64,000 nt of DNA from Candidatus Fermentibacterota bacterium (GCA_016928395.1 JAFGKV010000134.1:2631-66630); one strand, 5' to 3'; positions 10,198 to 19,765 are shown, counted from the first letter of the stretch. Notes: a model not told the origin generated them from the sequence alone. Translations and numbers: made by a program.

Positions 10198-10503
10198 GTG
10201 GGATGGATCGGCAAGAGCTGCCTCTTGGTGGCGCCCGAGGCCGGGCCTCGGGTTCGCTGGGAAACGTTTCTCACCGATGCGCCCGTGCAGGTGACCGGGG
10301 AGCCGATCGAGGACCGTTGCGGCAGTTGCAGTCAATGTGTGGAAGTCTGTCCTGTGCAGGCCTTCACCGGAGAACCCTTCCGAGTATCTGAGCCCCGGGA
10401 GAAACGATATGACGCCCGCAAATGCGATAGCTACTTCGCCACGATGAAGGCGGCGGATGCCGAACGTGGGGTATGCGGCTTGTGTCTGTATGTCTGTCCG
10501 TAG
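10198..10503 (+). pseudogene. C-terminal fragment of a QueG-like 4Fe-4S double-cluster protein (truncated or remnant)
   Basis: [10 protein letters not shown]...[16 protein letters not shown]...CGLCLYVCP matches the C-terminal ferredoxin part of the epoxyqueuosine-reductase-like family. An in-frame TGA at 10162-10164 lies just upstream. No N-terminal half is visible in any frame of 9867-10197. Confidence 0.5.
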
Positions 10504-10540
10504 GGGAGGAGACGCGACGCAGAGCGTCCGAGTCTGCACG

Positions 10541-11179
10541 ATGACACGACACCCCTACCCCATGGGGGCGCCCCTGCCCTGCGCGTCGCCGAGAGTCAGC
10601 GCCACGGCCGTTGGGGCCCCGAGTCCTGAAGTGTCAGAGGCCAGGAATGTCGAAGTGAAGGCATGGGCGTTCGATTTCGAGGCTCAAACGCGAGTCGCCG
10701 CGAGCATGGCAGGCGAGCCTCCCGTCGTGGTCAAGCAGGAAGACACGTTCTTTCACGCGGCGAACGGGAGACTGAAGCTGAGAGAGTTCGGAGACGGCAC
10801 CGGTGAGCTCATCCACTATCACCGCCCAGACTCCAAGGGTCCGAAGCGGTCAACCTATGTCCGGTCACACACGACTGATCCGTGCCGTCTCAAAGAGACC
10901 CTTGCCCGCGCCCTTGGCATTCGTGCCATCGTGAAGAAGACGCGCAGAGTCGTGCTGACCGGGCAGACAAGAATCCATCTAGATGAGGTGGCGGGTTTGG
11001 GAGATTTCATCGAGATAGAGGTTGTGCTCCGGCCGGAACAGACCGTCTCGGAAGGTGTCATCATCGCGGAGAAGCTCATGGCGGAGCTGGGTATCGAGCG
11101 ACGCCATCTCGTGCCCGGCTCCTACGTTGATCTCCTGGCAGAGGAAAAGCCCAACACCAGCGTGGAACCGCCGGCCTGA
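10541..11179 (+). CDS. Class IV adenylate cyclase / CYTH-domain protein (CyaB-like)
   Basis: NVEVKAW...QEDTFFHAANGRLKLREF...GELIHYHRPD...RIHLDEVAGLGDFIEIEVVL fits the CYTH/CyaB pattern. The start is uncertain: the ORF opens at 10457 and overlaps the previous ORF. ATG 10541 or GTG 10631 are both plausible. Confidence 0.7.
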   Translation: MTRHPYPMGAPLPCASPRVSATAVGAPSPEVSEARNVEVKAWAFDFEAQTRVAASMAGEPPVVVKQEDTFFHAANGRLKLREFGDGTGELIHYHRPDSKGPKRSTYVRSHTTDPCRLKETLARALGIRAIVKKTRRVVLTGQTRIHLDEVAGLGDFIEIEVVLRPEQTVSEGVIIAEKLMAELGIERRHLVPGSYVDLLAEEKPNTSVEPPA

Positions 11180-11283
11180 CGGTGTGACCACACACCCGCG
11201 ATGGCGCGTGTGCCCGTGGATCGTAGTGCCCGGTGATCCCCCGATGAGATGGAGTTGTTCGACGTGCCGCAAGGACAGAGAAG

Positions 11284-12600
11284 ATGAGTAGTCTGAGGCA
11301 GCTTTTGTGGACCGTGCGCGCCCTGCATCACCGCAACTTCCGCCTGTTCTACATGGGCCAGAGTATCTCTCTCATCGGCACGTGGATGCAGCGAATCGCC
11401 CTGGGCTGGCTGGTTTATCGGCTGACAGATTCGGTCTTCTTGCTGGGACTTGTGGGATTCGTCGGCCAGATACCAGGCTTCCTTCTGGCGCCTCTTGCCG
11501 GGGTGCTGGCCGATCGATGGGATCGCCACCGCATGCTTCTCGTGACCCAGGCCATCGCCATGGCGCAGGCGCTTGTCCTGGCTATCCTCGTCCTGACGAA
11601 CGCAGTCACGATCTGGCACATCCTCGCGCTGAGCCTCGTCTTGGGCATAATCAATTCGTTTGACATACCTACCCGTCAGTCTTTCACCGTCGAGATGCTC
11701 GAAGACAAGCGAGATCTGGCGAATGCGATTGCGCTCAATTCCTCCATGGTGAATGGCGCTCGCCTGCTTGGGCCTTCAGTCGCAGGTGTGCTCATCGCCG
11801 CGGTGGGTGAAGGCGTCTGTTTCCTGCTCAACGGACTCAGCTACCTGGCCGTCCTCGCATCGCTCCTGCTCATGCAACTCGGGCAACGAAAGCTGCCGCC
11901 CCGTAGATCGGGAGTATGGCACGAGCTTGGGGAAGGCTTTCGCTATGCATTCCGGTTCCCTCCTATCCGGGATCTCCTGCTGATGGTCGCGATGATCAGT
12001 TTGATGGGTATGCCCTACGCAGTACTCATGCCGGCGTTCGTCCGGGATGTTCTCAGTGCCGGCCCGGGAGCATTGGGGTTTTTGATGGGGGCAGTGGGCG
12101 CGGGCGCTTTGATGGGAGCCCTGTATCTCGCCTCACGCCGAGACGTTCTGGGACTCGATCGGTTGATTCCCCTCGCTGCCGCCGCTCTCGGCTGTGGGCT
12201 CATGGCATTCTCCTTCTCCCCTGTCCTGTGGCTTTCCCTGCCGCTGATGCTGGTGGTGGGCATCGGCCAGATGCTCCAGATGGCGTCGAGCAATACGCTG
12301 CTGCAGACCATGGTCGACGACGACAAACGGGGAAGAATCATGAGTTTCTATGTCATGGCGTTCATGGGCATGGCCCCTGTCGGGAGCCTCATCGCCGGGT
12401 CCGTTGCAAGCAAGATAGGCGCTCCCTGGACTGTGTTCCTGGCCGGGGCGGGCTGCACGGTTGCGGCGGCAGTCTTTGCCAAGAGACTCCCCGCGCTGAG
12501 AGATCTGGTCCGGCCCGTCTACGTGGCCAAGGAAATCCTACCGGAGACCGCCCAGGGCACTCGGCCCGGGCGGGAGAGGGAGAGAGAGGTGCGCAGGTGA
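11284..12600 (+). CDS. MFS transporter (EntS/'transmembrane secretion effector'-like)
   Basis: N-terminus LHHRNFRLFYMGQSISLIGTWMQRIALGWLVY, about 12 hydrophobic segments, 438 aa. Confidence 0.8.
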   Translation: MSSLRQLLWTVRALHHRNFRLFYMGQSISLIGTWMQRIALGWLVYRLTDSVFLLGLVGFVGQIPGFLLAPLAGVLADRWDRHRMLLVTQAIAMAQALVLAILVLTNAVTIWHILALSLVLGIINSFDIPTRQSFTVEMLEDKRDLANAIALNSSMVNGARLLGPSVAGVLIAAVGEGVCFLLNGLSYLAVLASLLLMQLGQRKLPPRRSGVWHELGEGFRYAFRFPPIRDLLLMVAMISLMGMPYAVLMPAFVRDVLSAGPGALGFLMGAVGAGALMGALYLASRRDVLGLDRLIPLAAAALGCGLMAFSFSPVLWLSLPLMLVVGIGQMLQMASSNTLLQTMVDDDKRGRIMSFYVMAFMGMAPVGSLIAGSVASKIGAPWTVFLAGAGCTVAAAVFAKRLPALRDLVRPVYVAKEILPETAQGTRPGREREREVRR

Positions 12601-12998
12601 GGTGAGAGGAGGGCGAAACCGGGACGGTGAGCTGCAAGCGGGGTAAGCCCTCGGGCGGCGCGCCGGTTCCATTCTGCGGAGTGCTGCGAGCCCGCGCACC
12701 TGAGCCGCGCCTCGATTGGGACACGAAGCGGTCGCTCTGGGCCGGTTGGGGCCCTCGTCACTATGGTCGACAGGCCTCTCCACGTCTTTGGACAGGGCCA
12801 GAGGAACTAGAATCCACTGTTCTCGGCGATCATGATCCGGTCGCGCCGCATCGAATAGGCTGTCCCCATAGTGCTCGACAGCAACCCCGGGGCGCTCTAC
12901 ATTCCATCATTCGACGGCAAGAAGGAGCTTCGACGCCTGCGCGCAGATGCGTCGACAGACGCGGTGCTCCTCTCGAAGTCTCTCGGAAGGAGTCATCG

Positions 12999-13553
12999 AT
13001 GGTCTGTGCTCGCCTGCCGACCTATCTCCTCGGTGTCCTCTGCGCTGTGCTGCCTGCCGGCGCGCAGATAGTCTCCTGGGATGTCATCGCCGCAGGAGGG
13101 ACGCACACGTCTGCTTCTGAGTGTCACGGCATGGCGTCCACGGTGGGGCAAGCCTTGGCCGGGATGCAAGTGGGGCCAACGCACTGGGTATGGGCAGGAT
13201 TCTGGAACCCCGCGGTTCGGGGGCCTCTGGGGACCGGAAACGCGGCGAGTCTTCTCCCCACATCCTTCCGGTTGGGCACAAACTGCCCGAACCCGTTCAC
13301 GGACAGGACAACGGTCTTCTACGCGATACCTATGCAATGCCGGATCACGCTTCAGATCTATGACCTCCAGGGCCGCCTGATCCGACACGTGGTGGACGCC
13401 CAGACCAGCGCCGGATTTCACGCATGTCCCTGGGACGGCAGAGATTTCCTGGGTCGTACGCTGGGGAGTGGCGCCTACGTGGCACGACTGAATGCGCGGT
13501 CGCTCGATCATGAGCTGTGTGCGTTGAATCACACGATGATTCTCGTCCGATGA
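12999..13553 (+). CDS. Small secreted protein with T9SS type-A / FlgD-Ig-like C-terminal domain
   Basis: ATG 12999 is preceded by GGAAGGAG, followed by signal peptide MVCARLPTYLLGVLCAVLPAGAQ. The CTD reads NCPNPFTDRTTVFYAIP..ITLQIYDLQGRLIRHV...AGFHACPWDGRD.LGRTLGSGAYVARL. The ORF-track extension back to 12627 looks non-coding. Confidence 0.75.
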   Translation: MVCARLPTYLLGVLCAVLPAGAQIVSWDVIAAGGTHTSASECHGMASTVGQALAGMQVGPTHWVWAGFWNPAVRGPLGTGNAASLLPTSFRLGTNCPNPFTDRTTVFYAIPMQCRITLQIYDLQGRLIRHVVDAQTSAGFHACPWDGRDFLGRTLGSGAYVARLNARSLDHELCALNHTMILVR

Positions 13554-13568
13554 GAGGAAGATGAACCC

Positions 13569-15446
13569 ATGAACACCATCCCAATCGTCGCATTCCTCAC
13601 GCTGGCCGTCTTATGCACGGCCGGGCTGGGGGAGGTTCCTTTGGCCATCTCGTACCAGGGCTATCTGACCGATGACTCCGGATCAGCGGTTGACGATGGC
13701 GCGTATGAGCTTACGTTCCGGATCTACCAAACCGAGACTGGCGGCACACCGGTGTGGACGGAGAGGCACTCCTCGGTACCAGTGTTCAGCGGGCTCTTCA
13801 AAGTCATTCTGGGCGATCTCACACCCCTCACCATCGACTTTAGTCCACCCCGATTCATCGAGGTGCAGGTTGGCCCAAATGCGCCGCAGGCCCCACGGAT
13901 CTTCCTCACGTCGGTCCCCTACTGCTTCAGTGCATCCGGCGCTGATGCGGTGGATGGGTTCCATGCCGCCCCTGAGCCCATGCCCCACACCCTTCTCGCC
14001 CTGGATGGCGCCGGCAGGTTCCCCGTTGAGGCCATCCCGGCCAGCCCTCCGGGCGGGCCCGCCGGGGGAGACTTGGCGGGAGCCTACCCCAACCCATCGG
14101 TCGCGGTCGATGCCATCACCGGCGCAAAGATACAGGATGGAGCGGTCACCAGCGCTGATCTGGCTACCGGAGCGGTAACCTCAGCCAAGATTCTCGACGG
14201 CGCGGTACACACGCAGGACCTGGCCGATGATGGGGTCACTGCAGCCAAGCTCCTTCCCGATGTAGTCTCAAGCATTTGCGGCGTGTCCAACGATGCCGGC
14301 AACATCGATTTGGTCGCGGGATCCAACGTCACCATAACACCCAACAACGAGGCGAACACTATCACTATCGCCTCGTCCGGCGGCGGCGCCGCGGGAGACA
14401 TCACGGCGGTATGGGCCGGCGATGGCCTCTGGGGCGGAGGCGACCAGGGCGATGTCACCCTCGGCGTGAATAGCCCTCTCCAGTTGACCGGATCATCGGA
14501 TGGGGTCATCCGGGGCCTCAACACCAACGGCCACACCGGCTATCTGGGCGGTTCCTCCTCTGCGGTCGTGGGGGAGACATCCACCGGAGTGGGTGTGAGC
14601 GGATCGGGAGGCAACTCGGGAGTCGTGGGGTATAGCGGCAGCGCATTCGGGGTGGTAGGCACCAGTGACGGAGCGGCAGGGACCTATGGCCAGGGAACCG
14701 GCATCGAGGGCGTGGGCGGCTACCACACTAGCAGCGGCTGTTCGGGGGCCTTGGGCACCGTGTTGGACGGCGCCTACGGTGTCAGCGGCACGGGAGGCGC
14801 ATGGGGATCCCTCGGAAGGTACAACTACGGCGTCTATGGCAACATGCCAAACGTGGTCACCGACTGGGCTGGCTGGTTTGACGGCGATGTCAACGTTACC
14901 GGGGTGCTCGCCAAAGGGTCTGGTTCGTTCGTCATCGACCATCCCCTCGATCCAGAGAACAAGCTCCTTCGTCACAACTTCGTGGAGTCACCGGAGAACC
15001 TGCTCATCTACCGCGGCACGACGATCCTGAACTCATCGGGAGAGGCTGTGGTCGATCTCCCGTCATACTTCACTGCACTCACGAAGGAGGATGGCGCCTC
15101 CATCCACCTGACACCAGTCGGGAGGCCATTCCCCGTGGGGGCAGAATGGAACTCAGGATCGGCCAACTTCACCGTGTATGGCGACCCAGAGCGTTCCGTG
15201 TTCTGGGAAGTACTGGCAGACCGGGACGACCCGGTGATCCATCAGCTCGGGAGGCCGGTCGAAGAAGACAAGGGCCCGGCCGGCAAGCTCTGCCCGCGCG
15301 GCAAGCTCCTCTATCCGGAGGCCTACGGGTATCCTTCGTCTGATGGTGTCAACCACGAGCAGCGCAAGGCACAGGCCGCGCAAGAACAGCAAAGGGCGGA
15401 AGTTTATGGCGAGCTGCGGACCGCCATCCAACATCATCATCGGTGA
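13569..15446 (+). CDS. Secreted tail-fibre-like surface protein
   Basis: Signal peptide, then an N-terminal ISYQGYLTDDSGSAVDDGAYELTFRIY...PVWTE module. Next come short repeats (GAKIQDGAVTSADLATGAVTSAKILDGAVHTQDLADDGVTAAKL) and a Gly-rich stalk. The C-terminal domain FVIDHPLDPENKLLRHNFVESPENLLIYRG...VDLPSYFTAL recurs in tail-fibre-domain proteins of FCB bacteria. Confidence 0.75.
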   Translation: MNTIPIVAFLTLAVLCTAGLGEVPLAISYQGYLTDDSGSAVDDGAYELTFRIYQTETGGTPVWTERHSSVPVFSGLFKVILGDLTPLTIDFSPPRFIEVQVGPNAPQAPRIFLTSVPYCFSASGADAVDGFHAAPEPMPHTLLALDGAGRFPVEAIPASPPGGPAGGDLAGAYPNPSVAVDAITGAKIQDGAVTSADLATGAVTSAKILDGAVHTQDLADDGVTAAKLLPDVVSSICGVSNDAGNIDLVAGSNVTITPNNEANTITIASSGGGAAGDITAVWAGDGLWGGGDQGDVTLGVNSPLQLTGSSDGVIRGLNTNGHTGYLGGSSSAVVGETSTGVGVSGSGGNSGVVGYSGSAFGVVGTSDGAAGTYGQGTGIEGVGGYHTSSGCSGALGTVLDGAYGVSGTGGAWGSLGRYNYGVYGNMPNVVTDWAGWFDGDVNVTGVLAKGSGSFVIDHPLDPENKLLRHNFVESPENLLIYRGTTILNSSGEAVVDLPSYFTALTKEDGASIHLTPVGRPFPVGAEWNSGSANFTVYGDPERSVFWEVLADRDDPVIHQLGRPVEEDKGPAGKLCPRGKLLYPEAYGYPSSDGVNHEQRKAQAAQEQQRAEVYGELRTAIQHHHR

Positions 15447-15865
15447 GGATGCGGGGAGCATCGCGGCACACGCAGAAGACTCAGGGCACCGCTGACCTGC
15501 GAGCGGTTGCCAGTCGTGGGCCCTGGGGGATCCGGCGTTGGAAGAGGGGGCCCGCCATGGCAGAGGGGGGCCACAGCGCTCACACCCCCGGCATGCGGCG
15601 CGGCGGGGATTGATGGCTTCACACCTGGGCTCGTAGACACAAAGCCAAGAACGAATGCCTTCCGAGAGCCCATCCCACAGCCGGTCCCTCCGCCGTGAAC
15701 CTTCCGCTCCCTTGTCGCGCTAGAGGGGGTGACTGCTTCAAGAGCAGACGCACAGCGGGCTCCGCGCGAAGAGCTTTCCGTGAAGGACGGGCCGTGAGGA
15801 ACTTACCCCCGGTGCGGAGTGTGCTCACAGATGACATGCAGGCACGCTCGAAGGAGGCGCACACA

Positions 15866-18160
15866 ATGACCAGGTTCTCTCGTTTCACCGTTGCGGCTAT
15901 GGTAGTGCTGGTGGCTTCGATTGCCGGGGCCGATGGCATGATCATAATCCCCCATCCACCCATGCCGCCGTATCCTCCTCGCCCACCCCACCCGTGGCCC
16001 ATGCCGCCGCCGCATTATGAGTTCGCACCCCTGGAGGTGAAGTACCATCATGTGACGGCCCGCATCGATGACCAGATCGCCGTGACGGAGATTGACCAGG
16101 TCTTCTACAACCCCAACCACCAGACCCTGGAGGGGGAGTATCTCTTCCCGGTTCCCAAGGGTGCCCGCATCGACAAGTTTTCCATGGATATCAATGGTAA
16201 GGAGGCCGAGGCCGAGCTGCTGGATGCGGACAAGGCGCGCAGGATCTACGAGGATATCGTACGCCGCATGAAGGACCCGGCGCTCTTGGAGTATGCCGGG
16301 CAGGCCCTGTTCAAGGTGCGCGTCTACCCCATCGAGCCCCACAGCGAAAAGAGGATCAGACTCTCGTATTCGGAGCTCTTGCGACGCGATGCAGGCATGG
16401 TTTCCTACGTCTATCCGCTGAACACAGAGAAGTTCTCGGCAAAGCCGTTGAAGAGCGTGTCGGTCAAGGTTGAGCTGTCATGCGCCAAGGGCATCAAGTC
16501 GGTGTTCTGCCCGTCTCACACGGTGGAAATAACCCACCGCGGCCCCTCCGAAGCCACGGTCGGGTTTGAGGCCAAAGACCTGCGACCTGATACCGACTTC
16601 CAGCTCTTCTTCGCCCCTGAGGCGCCTTCTGATGTGGGGATCGATGTCTTGACCTACCGGGAGAAGGCCGATGCCGACGGCGGCTTCTTCCTTCTCTTGG
16701 CCTCTCCGGCCGTGGGTCTGGAAGGAGCTCGGGTCGTGGAGAAGGATGTGGTCTTCGTGCTGGACACCTCGGGCTCCATGGCCGAACGGGGCAAGATCGA
16801 TCAGGCGAAGCGGGCGTTGAGCTTCTGCCTGAAAAACCTGAACCGGGGGGACCGGTTCGAAGTGGTCAGGTTCTCCACCGAAGCCGAAGCGCTCTTCGGG
16901 CGCGTGGTGGCTGCCGGTTCCGAGAACCTCGCCAAGGCCGAATCCTTCGTGCAGGGCCTCAAGCCCATCGGAGGGACGGCCATCCGGGATGCGCTTGTCG
17001 TGGCCCTTGGCCCGGCCACGGAGACCCGAAACAAGGGCCGCCCCTACATGATCGTGTTTCTGACAGACGGTAGGCCGACCATCGGCCCCACGGCCGCTGA
17101 CGAGATCATGGCCGCCGCCATGAAGGAGATGGGCGATCGAACCATTCGCATCTTCTGTTTCGGCATCGGCACCGACGTGAACACCCACCTGCTGGATCTG
17201 CTCACGGAGTCGACCCGCGCAGCCAGCCAGTATGTGCTGCCCGACGAGGATATCGAGATCAAGGTTTCAAACTTCTACGCCAAGATCAGTGACCCGGTGC
17301 TCACTGACCTGCAGCTAGAGATGACTGGGGGCATCCGGCCCTCCAAGATGACGCCGTCGCGCCTGCCCGACCTGTTCAAAGGCGAGCAACTGGTGGTACT
17401 CGGCAGGTACGCGGGCGACGGAGACGCAGCCGTAACCCTCAAGGGCATGGTTGATGGGAAGCCCCGCACCTTTACCCATGAACTGAAGTTTCCCGCCTCC
17501 GCCACGGACCATGTGTTCATCCCGCGCCTCTGGGCCACGCGCCGGGTAGGCTTCCTGCTGGATCAGATCCGCCTCAATGGTGAGAACGCGGAGCTCCGTG
17601 ACGAGGTCGTCGACCTGGCCCGGAAGTATGGCATCGTCACCCCCTATACCGCCTATCTCATCGTGGAAGATGAGGACCGCCGCGGGCTGGCCCAGACGCA
17701 ACGCAGCCTCCCGCAGTTTGACGCGGAACTCCACGAAACCACCGGCCGCATGTATAACGAACTCCCGACCAGCGTGGCCGGCGATGGTGCAGTTGGAGGC
17801 GCCCAGAGTCTCGATGCATTGAAGCGCGCCAAGGGAATGTCGGCTCCGAGCATCGCCAATGCACCCATGATGCGGGGCGGTCGCGCGACGATGGCGTCAC
17901 CCTTGGCCGACAGAATGGAGCAGGCCGTCTCCGGGCAGCAGAACCGATATGTGGCGGGACGAACGTTCTACCAGAACGGCGCGCAGTGGATCGATGCCAG
18001 TGTCCAGACCACGGCAGATGCCCGCCGCATCCAGGTCAGGATTGGCTCCGACGAGTACTTCACCCTGCTGAAGAAGCATCCGAACGCCGCCCAGTGGCTC
18101 TCGGTGGGCCGCAATGTCCAGGTGCTGCTGGATGACACGGTATACGAAGTGATTGAGTGA
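15866..18160 (+). CDS. Secreted VIT-domain + von Willebrand factor A (vWA) protein
   Basis: ATG 15866 follows GAAGGAGG, with signal MTRFSRFTVAAMVVLVASIAGADG. VIT region: YHHVTARIDDQIAVTEIDQVFYNPNHQTLEGEYLFPVPKGARIDKFSMDING. vWA MIDAS motif: VVFVLDTSGSM. The ORF-track start at 15695 is probably too long. Confidence 0.85.
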   Translation: MTRFSRFTVAAMVVLVASIAGADGMIIIPHPPMPPYPPRPPHPWPMPPPHYEFAPLEVKYHHVTARIDDQIAVTEIDQVFYNPNHQTLEGEYLFPVPKGARIDKFSMDINGKEAEAELLDADKARRIYEDIVRRMKDPALLEYAGQALFKVRVYPIEPHSEKRIRLSYSELLRRDAGMVSYVYPLNTEKFSAKPLKSVSVKVELSCAKGIKSVFCPSHTVEITHRGPSEATVGFEAKDLRPDTDFQLFFAPEAPSDVGIDVLTYREKADADGGFFLLLASPAVGLEGARVVEKDVVFVLDTSGSMAERGKIDQAKRALSFCLKNLNRGDRFEVVRFSTEAEALFGRVVAAGSENLAKAESFVQGLKPIGGTAIRDALVVALGPATETRNKGRPYMIVFLTDGRPTIGPTAADEIMAAAMKEMGDRTIRIFCFGIGTDVNTHLLDLLTESTRAASQYVLPDEDIEIKVSNFYAKISDPVLTDLQLEMTGGIRPSKMTPSRLPDLFKGEQLVVLGRYAGDGDAAVTLKGMVDGKPRTFTHELKFPASATDHVFIPRLWATRRVGFLLDQIRLNGENAELRDEVVDLARKYGIVTPYTAYLIVEDEDRRGLAQTQRSLPQFDAELHETTGRMYNELPTSVAGDGAVGGAQSLDALKRAKGMSAPSIANAPMMRGGRATMASPLADRMEQAVSGQQNRYVAGRTFYQNGAQWIDASVQTTADARRIQVRIGSDEYFTLLKKHPNAAQWLSVGRNVQVLLDDTVYEVIE

Positions 18161-18420
18161 TGGATGGATGGAATGATGGACAAGCGGGCGGGGCCTGTGA
18201 ACTGGAGTGCCCGGCTCGCCGATTACGATAGCGATAGCGACCCGCAGGCCCGGCCGACCTACGAGGCAACGGCGCCGTGGGCGGCTCCGTAGGGGAGGGA
18301 CCTGTGCCCTCCCGCTCAGTGCGCCGTACTCTCAACCCTCGAGAAATCTGAGTGCCTCCACACTCAGAGGCCGGACTGAACCCTGAACCCTGCAACCTCA
18401 ATGGAGAAAGAGAGAGACCA

Positions 18421-19563
18421 ATGATTCGAATCGCACCCCTCCTGCTTGCCGCCATCTCTACCGTGACGGTGTTGGCGACGACCGCCGAGGCTGAGCAACC
18501 GCCTCGCATCGAGGTCTGTTTCGTTTTGGATACGACCGGCTCCATGGGCGGGCTCATCGAGGGCGCCAAGGCCAAGATATGGTCTATCGCGAATCAGATG
18601 ATCGAGGCAAAGCCGACGCCCAGGCTCAGCATTGCGCTGGTCGGCTACCGGGATCGCGGCGACGACTACATCACCACGGTCTTCGACCTTACCGAGGACA
18701 TCGATGCCGTGTATGCCAATCTCCATGGCTTTCAGGCCGACGGAGGTGGGGACACTCCGGAATCCGTCAACCAGGCACTACATGAGGCAGTCACCGATAT
18801 CTCCTGGAGCCAGGACCGCGACATCCTCAAGATCATCTTCCTTGTGGGCGACTGCCCTCCCCACATGGACTACTCCGACGATGTGAAATATCCCGAAACC
18901 TGCCAGGCGGCGGTGCGCAAGGACCTCATCATCAACACGGTTCAGTGCGGGTCCCATGAGCCGACCGTACCGATCTGGCAGGAGATCGCCCGCCTGGCCG
19001 AAGGCTCCTATGTCGCCATCGGGCAAACCGGCGACATGCAGGTCATCACCACGCCCTTTGACAGCCGTCTATCCGAGCTGAACGCCTCGCTGGGAACCAC
19101 GGTCGTCGCCTACGGCCGCGATGAAGTCAAACGTTCCGTTCGGGCCAAGCAGATGGCGGCCGAGGCGGCCCCCGCACCGACCATGGCCGACCGTCTCGTG
19201 TACAATGCCAAGACCGGCATGGTGGTGCAGGGCGGCGGCGATCTGGTCAAAGACCTGGATGACGGCACGGTGAAGTTGGAGGAGTTGGCCGAAGACGAGC
19301 TTCCTGATGAATTGCGGGAACTGGGCGCCGCCGAACGGGAACAGGTAATCAAGGAGAAGGCGGCCCAGCGCCAGCAGATTCAGACGGAGATCAACGACCT
19401 GCTGAAAAAACGGCAAGGTTTCATCGATGCCGAAACGGCCCGGCTCGCCCGGGAAGGCAAAGGACTCGCCTTCGATGTCAAAGTCAATGAAATGCTCCGG
19501 GAACAGGCCCTCCGCAAGGGCCTGACCTACGAGAGCGAGAGCTCCTCGGGCGGAACGGAATAG
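18421..19563 (+). CDS. Secreted vWA-domain protein with C-terminal coiled-coil-like region
   Basis: ATG 18421 with signal MIRIAPLLLAAISTVTVLATTAEA. MIDAS motif VCFVLDTTGSMGG, then ...ADGGGDTPESVNQAL...IIFLVGDCPPH. The C-terminus is charged and heptad-like (ELRELGAAEREQVIKEKAAQRQQIQTEINDLLKK). Confidence 0.8.
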   Translation: MIRIAPLLLAAISTVTVLATTAEAEQPPRIEVCFVLDTTGSMGGLIEGAKAKIWSIANQMIEAKPTPRLSIALVGYRDRGDDYITTVFDLTEDIDAVYANLHGFQADGGGDTPESVNQALHEAVTDISWSQDRDILKIIFLVGDCPPHMDYSDDVKYPETCQAAVRKDLIINTVQCGSHEPTVPIWQEIARLAEGSYVAIGQTGDMQVITTPFDSRLSELNASLGTTVVAYGRDEVKRSVRAKQMAAEAAPAPTMADRLVYNAKTGMVVQGGGDLVKDLDDGTVKLEELAEDELPDELRELGAAEREQVIKEKAAQRQQIQTEINDLLKKRQGFIDAETARLAREGKGLAFDVKVNEMLREQALRKGLTYESESSSGGTE

Positions 19564-19723
19564 CGGCCCTGAACTCACTGGTCACGCGGCTTCCGGGGAG
19601 CGTGGCCGGGGCGCTCCGGCGCGGAACCTCGTAGCAAGACGAAACAGGGACTTCTTCGCCCCCGCAGCCCGTTCAGCTTGCGCGTGAGGCCGAACTGGCG
19701 TACGTTGCATGTGGCTTCTGACT

Positions 19724-19765
19724 GCTGACTGGCCCACGCATGGCGCTGACTGGCCCACGCATGGC
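19724..19765. repeat. Perfect tandem duplication of 21 bp (CTGACTGGCCCACGCATGGCG x2)
   Basis: Read directly: copies at 19724-19744 and 19745-19765, with a partial CTGACTG just upstream. It lies about 65 nt upstream of the ATG at 19831. Confidence 0.9.

Noticed and set aside
12627-12998. N-terminal extension of ORF 12627..13553
   Set aside because: The extension is Arg/Pro-rich and has no signal peptide. An internal ATG at 12999 has a strong GGAAGGAG RBS followed by a signal peptide.
16478-17188. 236-aa minus-strand ORF, and similar antisense ORFs inside the VIT-vWA, S8 protease, GH57 and ABC genes
   Set aside because: All lie antisense to genes with strong family motifs and have biased Arg/Gly/His composition. 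Shadow ORFs.
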